IMG/VR virus record: IMGVR_UViG_3300012953_000149
Location: 1-29,484 of that record
From: a virus
Lineage: Duplodnaviria; Caudoviricetes
DNA: 29,484 bases
Strand: one strand, 5' to 3'
Numbering within the stretch: the first letter of the stretch is position 1; each line of letters starts with the position of its first letter. Under the pieces are notes generated by a model. It ran no database searches. It worked only from the letters and a program-made list of their open reading frames with translations, and was not told the origin of the DNA. Positions 23,001 to 28,736 of the stretch are shown here, piece after piece. A program made the translations under genes and the position numbers.

Positions 23001-24692
23001 TGAATTATCACCATACTTAAAAGGAACAACAGAGGATGCCTTATTTAAAAGTCTTCTTAAATCATATTCTATATTAGCAACTTTAGTTAATGCTTCATTT
23101 AAATTAACAGTATTAGCAGAAACATTTATTCCAGTAATCTTAGCAGTGGTTGCACCAGAATTAAAAGGTTCAACTTGTTGTTGTGCTAATGGATTACTCT
23201 GTCTCCTTAATATTTGAACAGTATCTCCTACTTTTAAACTAGACCTATCAATCTTTGTATGTAATGCTAATTCTGATACTGAAGTTGTAGGAGCAACTGC
23301 TGTAAGATCAATTTGACTTACAGTTGATGTATTATAAATCCATGAATTGGATAAAATTTCTTTTTGAGTTATACCATCATTTTTAATTAACTCACCAATA
23401 CTCTTAACAAAGATTGTTTCACCATCTAAAGATAATCTATTATCTTCTCCTGGAATAAATTTAGATAAAACTCCCGTAATTCTTAATTCAATCTTATCTG
23501 TTGTTGTATCACCATCCTTATATCCAAAAATAGTTTCATCTGATCTTAAAAGATCTCCATAAGAAAGAGATGTTTCAATTGATTTTACACCAGTTGTAGA
23601 GATTCCTAAAAACTGATTAATTGTTTTATCACTATAAACAATATTAGTATTAATACCACATACAAGTGTTCCTGTAGCAGCAAATCCTACTGTAGAATCT
23701 ACAGTAATAAAAGATGATCCAGCACCTACATCACCTATAACTTGTGTTCTTCCAGGAACTGTAAATGTTCCAGTAACAAACTCTTCATCGTCATAACCAA
23801 CAAATACATCTAAAGCATAATATTCAGAGGTTGTAACACCTGTTATACCAGTAATAAGTTCAATTTCAGAGATAGATGCACTAGTTTGTAAATCTGTAGA
23901 TTTAAAAACAGTTTGACCAGTTAAATTTAAAGGATTTCCTGATATTTTTTCAGCAACAATTCTTTCACGTCTAATATAACGTGCAGAAGATGGTTTTATT
24001 AAAAATTCTTCAAGATCAATAATTCTTGGATCTTCATTGTATAAAACGTTAAAAAGTATTCTAAAAGATTCTTCAGTACCTTTTGATTCATAAAAAGTTC
24101 TTGCTTCTTTAATAAAGTTATTAACATCTAAATTAGATGTAAAATCAACTCCTTCTAATCCAGGAGTTAAAGTAACCTTAAGTTTTTTATAAAATTCTTG
24201 TAAAAATTGAGAACTTAAATTAACAACAATAGCATCATCTTTATGAGTAGCAGCAACAGTATCCTCAAAAACTAATTCTTCTGGATTATCTTGAGAACGA
24301 TATGTGGTTATTCCACTAAATCCACGAATACAACCAGTAAACTCTGTAGATGTTTTACCAGTATATGTAATAATTTCATTACCAATCTTTAAAAGACCAT
24401 ATTGATCAGGATAACCTTTTGTACTATCAACACTAATACTTTCAGCATCAGCAGTTATATCAGTAGAAAGATTAGTTCTTCCAGTTATTACTTCTGGTGT
24501 TAGATTATCTAATTTTAAATATTGGTCTAAATTATCAGTAATATCAATAGGACCACCACGATATTCCTGAGAAATATAATATTGCTTTAAAAAATCAGCA
24601 GCTTTTGGACTTTCAGCTAAAACAAATTCTGGAAGCTGATTGTCAATTATTTCTTGAACTTGAACTCTTTTTTCAATCCCTGTTGTGATCAT
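11067..24692 (-). CDS. gp7: Giant baseplate wedge initiator, gp7-like
   Basis: Uninterrupted 4541-aa ORF between gp6 and gp8, with QLPEFV...FLKQYY, FYESKGTEESFRILF..LY and D..YYQ.LSY.I.S.......V..LLH..G motifs of gp7-type wedge proteins, plus many inserted beta-rich modules. Confidence 0.85.
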   Translation of the reverse strand: MITTGIEKRVQVQEIIDNQLPEFVLAESPKAADFLKQYYISQEYRGGPIDITDNLDQYLKLDNLTPEVITGRTNLSTDITADAESISVDSTKGYPDQYGLLKIGNEIITYTGKTSTEFTGCIRGFSGITTYRSQDNPEELVFEDTVAATHKDDAIVVNLSSQFLQEFYKKLKVTLTPGLEGVDFTSNLDVNNFIKEARTFYESKGTEESFRILFNVLYNEDPRIIDLEEFLIKPSSARYIRRERIVAEKISGNPLNLTGQTVFKSTDLQTSASISEIELITGITGVTTSEYYALDVFVGYDDEEFVTGTFTVPGRTQVIGDVGAGSSFITVDSTVGFAATGTLVCGINTNIVYSDKTINQFLGISTTGVKSIETSLSYGDLLRSDETIFGYKDGDTTTDKIELRITGVLSKFIPGEDNRLSLDGETIFVKSIGELIKNDGITQKEILSNSWIYNTSTVSQIDLTAVAPTTSVSELALHTKIDRSSLKVGDTVQILRRQSNPLAQQQVEPFNSGATTAKITGINVSANTVNLNEALTKVANIEYDLRRLLNKASSVVPFKYGDNSITADIQNAYSHSDDYVYIASNGVPSYEITKNISGIGITNAVVGDTVQDYNSTTLKYSTISFASDVPFVTGDAIRYTPGTVSNPTATPPVSPINGITGLSEGTYYVKNEGNNKIKLYLSPSFTAANSNVEFTVTDVSAVYSGGGTVIWTDHKFTLLSQYDKTIASQKLLKKFPLDNRLKSGTDVKTLPGPIGMLINGVEIENYKSTDTIFYGPVDNFSVLSKGENYDVINLPALEVDTSSGTDALVQPVISGHLKEIKVDPQNFDIEDVLSIKITGGNSGNSVVRPVIKRRNRELEFDGRLVNFGGDVDSVNETLRFSNDHNLKSGQALIYNRNGFPALGIGTFGGSNSADYETLEDGATYYPQVLGISSVYLYKDENDYNAGINTIGFTAIAKSGIHKFRLRNAKNTLDSISVVEAGDPYVNRKIYVKPVGVSTFNSVISYDNHGFAEGELIVYSGGATTNITGLSTSVQYKVIKLDNDSFRVANAGVGGTITTNYIKNNYTKFTTAGSGFQSFNYPDITVTADVTYSTGITTERVVLTPYIRGSVIDTFLYEPGTSYGSDNVINYENKPQITLKNGTSRTGKNILPALIPVINNGKIISVNIDDGGAEYYSTPDLIVEGDGTGAELRAVIDRNVGSDYYLRIVKVIIVKGGALYNEDNTFIKVSPAGKNALFNLDLRQLSVNNIQTESPYKAKYSNEILTNSEYGLRYATVGYSSAIGSKDGFDDFTGTHSPIIGWAYDGNPIYGPYGYISPFDSSTVGILTGGYSLNSSNIHNRPDLSIFPAGFFADDYSYDANGDLDEHNGRYCKTPEYPNGVYAYFAGVSTGTSGQLEPKFPYFVGNTYRSIPVVLDPEDTITQSFDFNNSDLVRNTFPYKASDKFAKTYFIESDDIITQTAITNAITQGDVESLEIIKAGDGYKVGSAVSFNDEGTNGNGLSAVIESVDGPTINTIETSYTAFTNVSFIWEKSNKILAYFTEPHELEIGNNIEVSGLSTSIKSLTGTQRIGLTTESTLLYKQVAANSTAGIITDIYVGRAPLISVGSSIGIGTETLSVINKFEDRNILRVRRGVVGSAHTRSTEVKLLPRFATLTVESDYFESELDNIVYFNPKQSIGLGTLAGVGTAVYVSVGDTASSVSVPTQSVYLPNHPFKTGQQVTFTKPSGGGNIGVSSDGLVSSAFSIPESGFSQTLYVINKSDDFIGLVTERNQTSVGNTSSSDTFKGLFFPSALAGSTDNFEYKLESNFTQVTGTVETISALVSVSTSHNLVDKDIINLTLKSDRSVGIGTSTGIKLKYNIPKEKLLINPLTFGSVGVNVLTDTITIASHQFKTGDKVFYNTGIGIVTATESIGGLSTTSSYFVYRIDDNNIQLTNTRYDAINYPPQVISLVSAGGTSQELSLINPSLPIIRNNDIVFDVSDTSLFGYELNFYYDHKFDNEFVSTGTTSLISVSEIGTVGLGTLSAATVTLNYHENNPQNLFYNIEKSGFISTSDVDVKNANKITYVNSEYEGEYSVAGIGTTTFSILLDKKPESLAYNSADSDTLKYSTKSSTARGPINDLDITFGGVGYKKMPRFVSIASSVGSNAQILPRSTSTNKIKDVDILNIGFEYSSDKTLLPIAKLSPVISLRDFGSITKVSIIDGGKGYITDPRIVVVDSATREVNDTGFLQPIVDVNTQSIEDVIIVSSPKGLDNPELFTVDNTNGVSITTLAIGNTIVSNTQSGIVTVTLGTPVLGFTTDPFSVGDKIFVEGVENEYGNTFNSADNGYKFFTVTNNYTTKPSALTQNPYQLEFNILDIANNPGLAKTSQSFASIINYNKYPRFETTEVASTFSEGEEILVKVDNVFQHVGLKLDKIANDYIKLSGKFDLKLNDKIKGTYTGTLATINTLYNNTGEFKVDYSSEKTKGWFTNTGKLDEDYQVIPDNDYYQTLSYTIQSPIEYQKLVSPVNRLLHTTGLKNFADTGISSTTKSGLGTAADVTTITRDLQSNNRVDVINAFDRVTDVDILTNPRRSKFIRFDTKELVNYFKCSTNRVLGIDNINTLFSNASNNAKTDGKIELTNSYTRFLIQAKNPANDNIQVSEILTLADFSTKNVYTIQKGSFVGFGATNAFLGSDLVDIVGDVDYNDIYSLKFTPSDVYNTDLDIKIFQNNITGTGIGTTTIGFVDITGFSESVAKGTAVGPTTTTLASGNIGNVDAYFASVELHNTFAGKSKIVELYVTHDGSNSFISRYDFDTNTSDAIGTFTSGIDGGILSLKYENDSTTDAVSVKSKIVGIGTTTAGIGTYRFKTTAQPDGSEESGRIQSSYKNITASAGISTILEFTAEDVSSASNLVRIGIGSTSAIRQVLMSHNGEDAFVLEYPYVSIGAEQHDESWSGIGTFYSQLKGTDFELVFVPDAKFVGTSCQIQVYSEVINSGLDLINVAPDHQYGPSIDSLSLLQYNALNLSRSDNTNFVLNHESKPIFGRYFDPADTDNLTASTGTFTLLNNFFNRDERLVYTPGSSVQGIGTGALLMSDGNPLPSQVYVVSSDVNSDSFQLSLTKGGAAVTFIGVGTGNYHHLEMHKKNEKALITLDNIIQAPIAYTPTTTTLSGNVGGQVSISTSVITLAGISSILLNDILKIDDEYVKVNNVGLGTTNVGPISATGTLDIVEVDRGFIGSAASTHSDGSTVRLYKGGYNIVKDRIYFSEAPRGTNITEKNLSNRDAGRSSFSGRVYLRQDYSTNAVYDDISHGFTGIAQTFTTLVGGANTSGITTAVGIATGSSFVIINGIFQRPTTAENPLNNYDFVYNSLAGVSTVGVTSYVFSGITSTNGNLIIRNDTINQNQLPRAGQIISIGSSGGLGIAPLVGASVTAVTNSTGTITSVGIGSTDFHGSGYTGTTVSIGVTDVAYIHRFVSAGVNSITVNPNGIGAYSTFTPTDASFESSSGRLTLTKESHSLLTSDTYTATTGTFYNGTVGILTVKLSASPSPALANGQLVNIATNALTFTCAEDSNASNHVYPRPTDYLNGKWVPISNVAGGDTFEITVLDSIPSTNQTTHAFVSGITNGINRSANTVGIATGSIGFKCSSDYYQSTQYYPRTTDEANGAWLPILLADANSITVGVGSAGGGGTGAVITGTIVQGNIHTYVSGVSSSLLMNDTTYYSPYSIGGLGNAYDPVSGIMTVTVDAPHGLSGPGLQTATNAVYNGTVGILTITTNGAHGYNTGDYVKIAEKSIVFKCAQDNNSSTHPYPRSTDPIFNKWVQITKKTSTQFSIQVLDSVPSTNTTDHTFVSGTTSGILKANSTVGIGTSAFTFTCTQDSNVSLHSYPRPNKENPGSDPAYNATLGVESVGTTTSFTLNVGKSPAGSGGALNFSISDGGKGYVNPRLITPSPAYENLNVLGLSRIGLGETTETGNALRMTVNIGASSTTGIGSISYEVKSFDITQEGFGYREGDVFTPLGIVTDRYFSSLLTPLEFTVDQIFTDRFASWNVGEFDYIDSIANLQDGKRTRFPLNYAGELVSFQKDDTTDLDIQSLLLIFINGVLQNPGDAYTFNGGTTFAFTEAPDAGDVVSIFFYKGTSGVDVTYTDVTESIKDGDQVQVLKQNYLTGSSNQDMRTISGITTSDTVETNLYFGKGIDDTNLRPMKWFKQKVDKMINGNIVYKSRPSIEPLVFPNARVISDLTTGDSECFVDSTELFDYEGTGDTDLIIVNESQTLTGAAITAVVSATGTISALTIVDGGSGYDSSSGIAYTVPLSIAGPRVATIPTNTVPSPPGIVATGIASIYAGVVTTTEITNAGLGYTVPAEPEVIIKLPIIPKEIVTGIAPAAIQGFSGIITGIGTTFGSGGQGTKAIRFFCEKTSGDWTTLINGYPIYVYDTAIGSGVTSIDGTAPGGNAAVVGIGTTYLNNVYQVRAINRTGTKADFIADVDSNATLFSTDSVGIGTTGVGSGKYSWGRLSGFSRSSNPISIGVTGKTVNSGLTTFPRVQRRNSGLRDTGALNKPS
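12983..14349 (-). repeat. Four diverged protein-level repeat modules in gp7
   Basis: The F.C..D......YPR..D motif occurs four times: FTCAEDSNASNHVYPRPTD, FKCSSDYYQSTQYYPRTTD, FKCAQDNNSSTHPYPRSTD and FTCTQDSNVSLHSYPRP. H.[FY]VS also occurs four times. Confidence 0.85.
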
Positions 24693-24693
24693 A

Positions 24694-26592
24694 TTATGCC
24701 CTTATTAGTTCCCCGTTGTTATAACTTGACGTAACCTTAAATCCAACACCAGATATTTGATCGCCAGAAGTAATAGTATCTTTAACCATATTTATCGAAC
24801 TAGAAGAGATGCTAAATTTGAGATATAAATCTTGAAGACCAATAATATCATTAGACTCTGGAAATGCCTGAACTTCTACAATGTTATTTGGTTTACTAGT
24901 AGATGTTATATTAATAGTAGTTAAATTTATTTCACCTTTAACATAGTCAACTGTACCTGCCTCTTCTACAATGGTTATTTTTGAACCATTAGTATCATCT
25001 TGCTTAACAATTGATATTATTCCAGTTTTAAAACCAGGATTTGGAACATCTGTAAGATATACAGTATCTGCTACACCTATAATTTTAAATCCAGTGCTTT
25101 TAATGTTTAAACCTGCAGGATTTACATTAAATTGATTACCAAAACACAATTCATACTGTGCATATTGATTAACAAGAACATTTAAGTTTCTTCTAATCTT
25201 AATTTTTGTAATATTGGAAGTTATAGCGTCATTAATGTTATCAATTACAGTTAAAACTTTACTATACTTAAATCTTCCACCAAATTTGTTAAGATCAATG
25301 GAATTTGCGTAAGTTGTAAGACCTTCAACGACGTTTGTTTGTAAAGTACCAACATTTTCGACTTTTGCAGTGTTGTAATAAACGTTTGCATCTGCTTCAA
25401 CGTATAATACTTTCAAATCTAAGATTTTTTGGTTAATTCCAGTCAAAGAATAATTTTTTAAATCCGAAAGTATGGAATTTTTGTCAAAATCTGATACAAA
25501 TTCACCATTTTTAGGTTTAATGGTAATAAACACCGTCCCAAATTGAGGAGGATCCACTTCTTCACCTCCAACGACTGATACACTTTCAGTATTTGGATAA
25601 ATTTGTTGAATTATTGACTCATAATCCCTTGCAGTAACTGCTCTGTACTGTGAAGAGTACAATCTAGGTGCATAATACTTAATAGAATCAAGAGATTCAA
25701 TATCACCACCGTTACTTGCACCAGAAATTGTCGTTACTGATGGAGTTAAAGACGGAGAAAGATTTCCACCCTCTCCAGTTGTTAAACTACCAGAAAAAAC
25801 GAACGATTTTGGACCATCCCCTTCTTTACCATCTGTAACAATGTACTGTACAGTGATTTTTGCACCATTTTCTATCTTTTTACCAAAGATACCATCACCA
25901 AAAAGTAGTTCATACTTTTCATCTTGTACTTCTTGAATCAAATATATCTCTGAATTCTTATTAATGTTTAAAATATTATCAACTTTCTTATATAAGATAC
26001 CTTTTCCTACATCATTTTCTCCTTTTACATATACAACGATAGTTGCAGTGTCAATAAAGGAATTATCAAGTATAAATCTTTGATCAAGAGACCCATCTAC
26101 GGTAAATTCTTTCGATAAGTATGTTCCTTGATAGACTACTAATGGTTGAATACTATTTCCAAACTCAGCATTACTACCTTTAATAGATCTTTCTATATCA
26201 TCAGGTATAGAAAAACTATATGTGGTGTTTTCCTCTGTCCCAGTGCACACTAGACCTGCTTTTAAGATCGCTGTATCACTTGATGAACTAGTTACTATAT
26301 CAAATGCAATTGATGCCTGTGCAGCAGTCCTAGAGCGTGGTACATATCCTATGTTTCGTGCTAAAGAAACTACATTTTCTCTTACAGTTGCTGAATCCAA
26401 GAAGGATTCATTCACAACCATGTTAGAGTTGTAGGCAGTAATATAGGTATTATATGCTAAAGTATCAATTAAGACTGAAAAATTGGAACCTTCGAAGTCA
26501 AATCCAGTAAAATCTGAATTTGCACGAAGATAACTCTTAATTGATGTCTTTATCTGATCAAAATCGAGATTTGTAAATTTAGTAAAAGGCAT
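24694..26592 (-). CDS. gp6: Baseplate wedge subunit gp6
   Basis: 632 aa with LDFDQIK..IK.YL, FDFEGSNFSVLIDTLAYNT, ESFLDSA.VR.NVVSLAR.IGY.P, FGDGIFGK and RAVTARDY. Confidence 0.95.
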   Translation of the reverse strand: MPFTKFTNLDFDQIKTSIKSYLRANSDFTGFDFEGSNFSVLIDTLAYNTYITAYNSNMVVNESFLDSATVRENVVSLARNIGYVPRSRTAAQASIAFDIVTSSSSDTAILKAGLVCTGTEENTTYSFSIPDDIERSIKGSNAEFGNSIQPLVVYQGTYLSKEFTVDGSLDQRFILDNSFIDTATIVVYVKGENDVGKGILYKKVDNILNINKNSEIYLIQEVQDEKYELLFGDGIFGKKIENGAKITVQYIVTDGKEGDGPKSFVFSGSLTTGEGGNLSPSLTPSVTTISGASNGGDIESLDSIKYYAPRLYSSQYRAVTARDYESIIQQIYPNTESVSVVGGEEVDPPQFGTVFITIKPKNGEFVSDFDKNSILSDLKNYSLTGINQKILDLKVLYVEADANVYYNTAKVENVGTLQTNVVEGLTTYANSIDLNKFGGRFKYSKVLTVIDNINDAITSNITKIKIRRNLNVLVNQYAQYELCFGNQFNVNPAGLNIKSTGFKIIGVADTVYLTDVPNPGFKTGIISIVKQDDTNGSKITIVEEAGTVDYVKGEINLTTINITSTSKPNNIVEVQAFPESNDIIGLQDLYLKFSISSSSINMVKDTITSGDQISGVGFKVTSSYNNGELIRA

Positions 26593-26593
26593 A

Positions 26594-26992
26594 TTACCTG
26601 GTGGCTTCTAATATGAACTGGAATGCTTGAGAAGGGAACTGTTGTCCAATGATATCGAAGTATATATTAACCTCAAATTCGTTCTGATCTGGACGTGGAA
26701 AGACCTCTACTACCAAATTATCAACCCTAGGTTCGAAATTTTCAATAGAAGTTTGAATTTGTCTCTCTATAACCGATGCCGTACCAAAATCACAGAAGTC
26801 AAAAAGGGTAGATCTTATGTCAGTACCTAGAATTGAATTAAAAAATCTTTCGGTAGGAATAGTTTGAACTAAATTTCTTACTGATTTCTTAATTGCGTTC
26901 TCATTTTTAATGACTGTGAGGTCATTTGTGACTGGATGCGGCGAAAAGGATAGACTAATATCTTTAAATGATCTAGATATCCTTGTTTTCAT
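26594..26992 (-). CDS. gp25: Baseplate wedge subunit gp25 (GPW/gp25 family)
   Basis: 132 aa with FKDISLSF..HPVT.DL, AIK.SVRNLV.T...ERFF...G and I..FEPRV. Confidence 0.95.
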   Translation of the reverse strand: MKTRISRSFKDISLSFSPHPVTNDLTVIKNENAIKKSVRNLVQTIPTERFFNSILGTDIRSTLFDFCDFGTASVIERQIQTSIENFEPRVDNLVVEVFPRPDQNEFEVNIYFDIIGQQFPSQAFQFILEATR

Positions 26993-27018
26993 TCATTTTA
27001 ACAGCAGTTTTCTAAATT

Positions 27019-27026
27019 TATTTATA
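27019..27026 (-). promoter_or_regulatory. T4-type late promoter opening the baseplate operon
   Basis: Exact TATAAATA on the minus strand, 26 nt upstream of the gp25 ATG and just downstream of a terminator. Confidence 0.87.
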
Positions 27027-27056
27027 TCTCTTTTCTAATAATTAATTTAAAACATT

Positions 27057-27081
27057 AAAAAAGCGTCTCTTTCGAGACGCT
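27057..27081 (-). terminator. Rho-independent terminator
   Basis: The minus strand reads AGCGTCTC-GAAA-GAGACGCT-TTTTT: an 8-bp stem, a GNRA tetraloop and a U tract, 4 nt after the stop of the 48-aa ORF. Confidence 0.92.
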
Positions 27082-27085
27082 GAGG

Positions 27086-27232
27086 TCATTTTCCTTGCCC
27101 TCGGTACCTTTTTCGAGTCGAGTTACGGGAGGTAGCGGAGTATTTTGTGTGTTTTCCATTACCTTGACGAGATTTTTTCGGTCTTGACTCAACGAATACC
27201 TCTCCGCTAAGTCCTGTTTTTGCCTTTGCCAT
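27086..27232 (-). CDS. Small highly basic protein (48 aa)
   Basis: Not in the track. Hand translation: MAKAKTGLSGEVFVESRPKKSRQGNGKHTKYSATSRNSTRKRYRGQGK. AAGGAG Shine-Dalgarno at 27243-27248, and followed by the terminator. Confidence 0.85.
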   Translation of the reverse strand: MAKAKTGLSGEVFVESRPKKSRQGNGKHTKYSATSRNSTRKRYRGQGK

Positions 27233-27239
27233 TAAAAAT

Positions 27240-27410
27240 TTACTCCTTGATCATTTCATGTCGTATATCAGTCGGGTGAGGAACACCAGTATCGAAAAAT
27301 TCTTGTGCTAACTCCTCACACTTATCATAAAACTCTTCTTCGGTAAGGTTCTCATGTATTAGAGAGTCCTTACAGAAGATATTGTACTTATATGACTCTT
27401 GTTTTTTCAT
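27240..27410 (-). CDS. Small acidic hypothetical protein (56 aa)
   Basis: Not in the track. Hand translation: MKKQESYKYNIFCKDSLIHENLTEEEFYDKCEELAQEFFDTGVPHPTDIRHEMIKE. It fills the gap between neighbours and overlaps the end of the glycosyltransferase by 23 nt. Confidence 0.75.
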   Translation of the reverse strand: MKKQESYKYNIFCKDSLIHENLTEEEFYDKCEELAQEFFDTGVPHPTDIRHEMIKE

Positions 27411-28143
27411 GTCCTACACGAACTCGTGGGTCGCACCAGATCTCGAAACCTGCTTCCTTTGCATCTAAGCAGAAAGAAACGTCCTCACCACACATATCCT
27501 GTACTTCACCAGACTCAAAGACTTGCATCTTAGGAGCGAACCAAGGATACTTCATCTCTTCGTGCTCAAAGACTCCATTCTTAATTAGAAGCCATCCGAA
27601 ACCTGTATAGTCTACTGTGAAAGGTTTGCGGCGTTTGGATATACTTTCGATAGTCTCGTGATTCATCACACCACCATTGCTACGAAAATCATCCTCATCC
27701 AACCAATGTGCTACAGAAGTAGTCTTACCATCTTCGGTACAATACCAACCTGCAGAAATATCTTGATCCATCAAAACAATTTGCCAGAACTTCTCAGTAT
27801 TGAATACAATATCAGAGTCAATCCATAGTTGCCAGTCATACTTAAGTTTACCATCCCATGGTTTCTGGTCTGGTCCTCTTAATACATTCGCACCAAGACA
27901 CTTACATCTAGCAAAATTAACCATAGATGAGTAATCTTGTGATATCTGAATGCTTGCACCTGACTGTACTAAGTCAAAGCATAGTTGTACAAATGATTTT
28001 AAAAATGCATATGAAACTCCTCTACCTGGTAAGCAAAATACAATTGCTTTACCCTTTACCATCTCCTTCGCTTTATCATAATCCCATTCAGGTGCTTTAT
28101 TAACTGTTGGGGATTTTGCTTTTACTGTAAATCCTTTAGCCAT
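27388..28143 (-). CDS. Putative glycosyltransferase, GT-A fold (GT2-like)
   Basis: 251 aa with SSMVNFAR, a DxD motif in LWIDSDI, TGFGWLLIK..VF, GEDVSFC and C-terminal WCDP.V.VGH. Confidence 0.75.
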   Translation of the reverse strand: MAKGFTVKAKSPTVNKAPEWDYDKAKEMVKGKAIVFCLPGRGVSYAFLKSFVQLCFDLVQSGASIQISQDYSSMVNFARCKCLGANVLRGPDQKPWDGKLKYDWQLWIDSDIVFNTEKFWQIVLMDQDISAGWYCTEDGKTTSVAHWLDEDDFRSNGGVMNHETIESISKRRKPFTVDYTGFGWLLIKNGVFEHEEMKYPWFAPKMQVFESGEVQDMCGEDVSFCLDAKEAGFEIWCDPRVRVGHEKTRVI

Positions 28144-28165
28144 AACGTGTTGTAATTACATGTCA

Positions 28166-28194
28166 ATTATATCAGTTTATATAGCAATTGTCAA
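28166..28194 (-). promoter_or_regulatory. Consensus sigma70 (early-type) promoter
   Basis: The minus strand reads TTGACA (28194-28189), 17 nt, TATAAT (28171-28166), with an extended -10 TGn, 22 nt upstream of the glycosyltransferase ATG. Confidence 0.88.
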
Positions 28195-28202
28195 TCAAAT
28201 TT

Positions 28203-28736
28203 TTAATTAGGGTTATCTAGAATCAAATTAGTACTAAGACATATCCTTGGAGTATCCATTTGATGAGGTTCTACAGAATGCTCTATATCAGATGGAAAGA
28301 TAACTATATCTCCTGCTGTAGCATTTACTACTTTATATGGTTCTATTCCTAATCTATCATATAACTCCCATCTCATATGACCTAATGGATCTCGAATATG
28401 TAATAGACCATGATTATCAGTCATATACCATATAACTGCTAGATGAGTCATTGGATGTGTATGTACTACATTATAATCTCCTTTATAATTAACATTCAAC
28501 CACCAATTCGAAAAATGAAACCTAGGTAAGAATAATAACCTTTCTCTCAGAATATCAGTATATTCAAAAGGTATATCATCTAACCCAGTCTTATCAATAC
28601 TTTGATACCCTCCTCTATTCGATGCTCCTCTAGAAGGAGTATCTTTTTCATATTCTCTTGACCAATCATACATTCCCTTAGGTAAATCTCCTTCGATTAA
28701 CCAAAGGGGCGTTTCGAAAATTTTAGTATGATGCAT
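28203..28736 (-). CDS. 2OG-Fe(II) oxygenase superfamily protein (TIGR02466-like)
   Basis: 177 aa with SNRGGYQS, W.NVN..G.YN..HTHP, GDIVIFPS.I.HSV.P and R..LS.N: HxH...H iron ligands plus the 2OG-binding Arg/Ser. Confidence 0.88.
   Translation of the reverse strand: MHHTKIFETPLWLIEGDLPKGMYDWSREYEKDTPSRGASNRGGYQSIDKTGLDDIPFEYTDILRERLLFLPRFHFSNWWLNVNYKGDYNVVHTHPMTHLAVIWYMTDNHGLLHIRDPLGHMRWELYDRLGIEPYKVVNATAGDIVIFPSDIEHSVEPHQMDTPRICLSTNLILDNPN

Noticed and set aside
2199-24692. Intein, intron or homing endonuclease explaining the giant ORFs
   Set aside because: No intein splice-junction, LAGLIDADG, HNH or GIY-YIG motifs were seen, and the frames are uninterrupted. Structural module insertions account for the size.
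694-27610. Short plus-strand ORFs in the track (694, 1297, 2113, 3709, 4372, 5863, 8155, 10722, 11535, 26222, 26627, 27392)
   Set aside because: All lie antisense to well-supported genes, mostly as in-register shadows, with no recognisable motifs or expression signals.
28203-28736. TET/JBP-type DNA base oxidase
   Set aside because: The motif is HxH (HTHP) in a TIGR02466-like context, not the HxD of TET/JBP.
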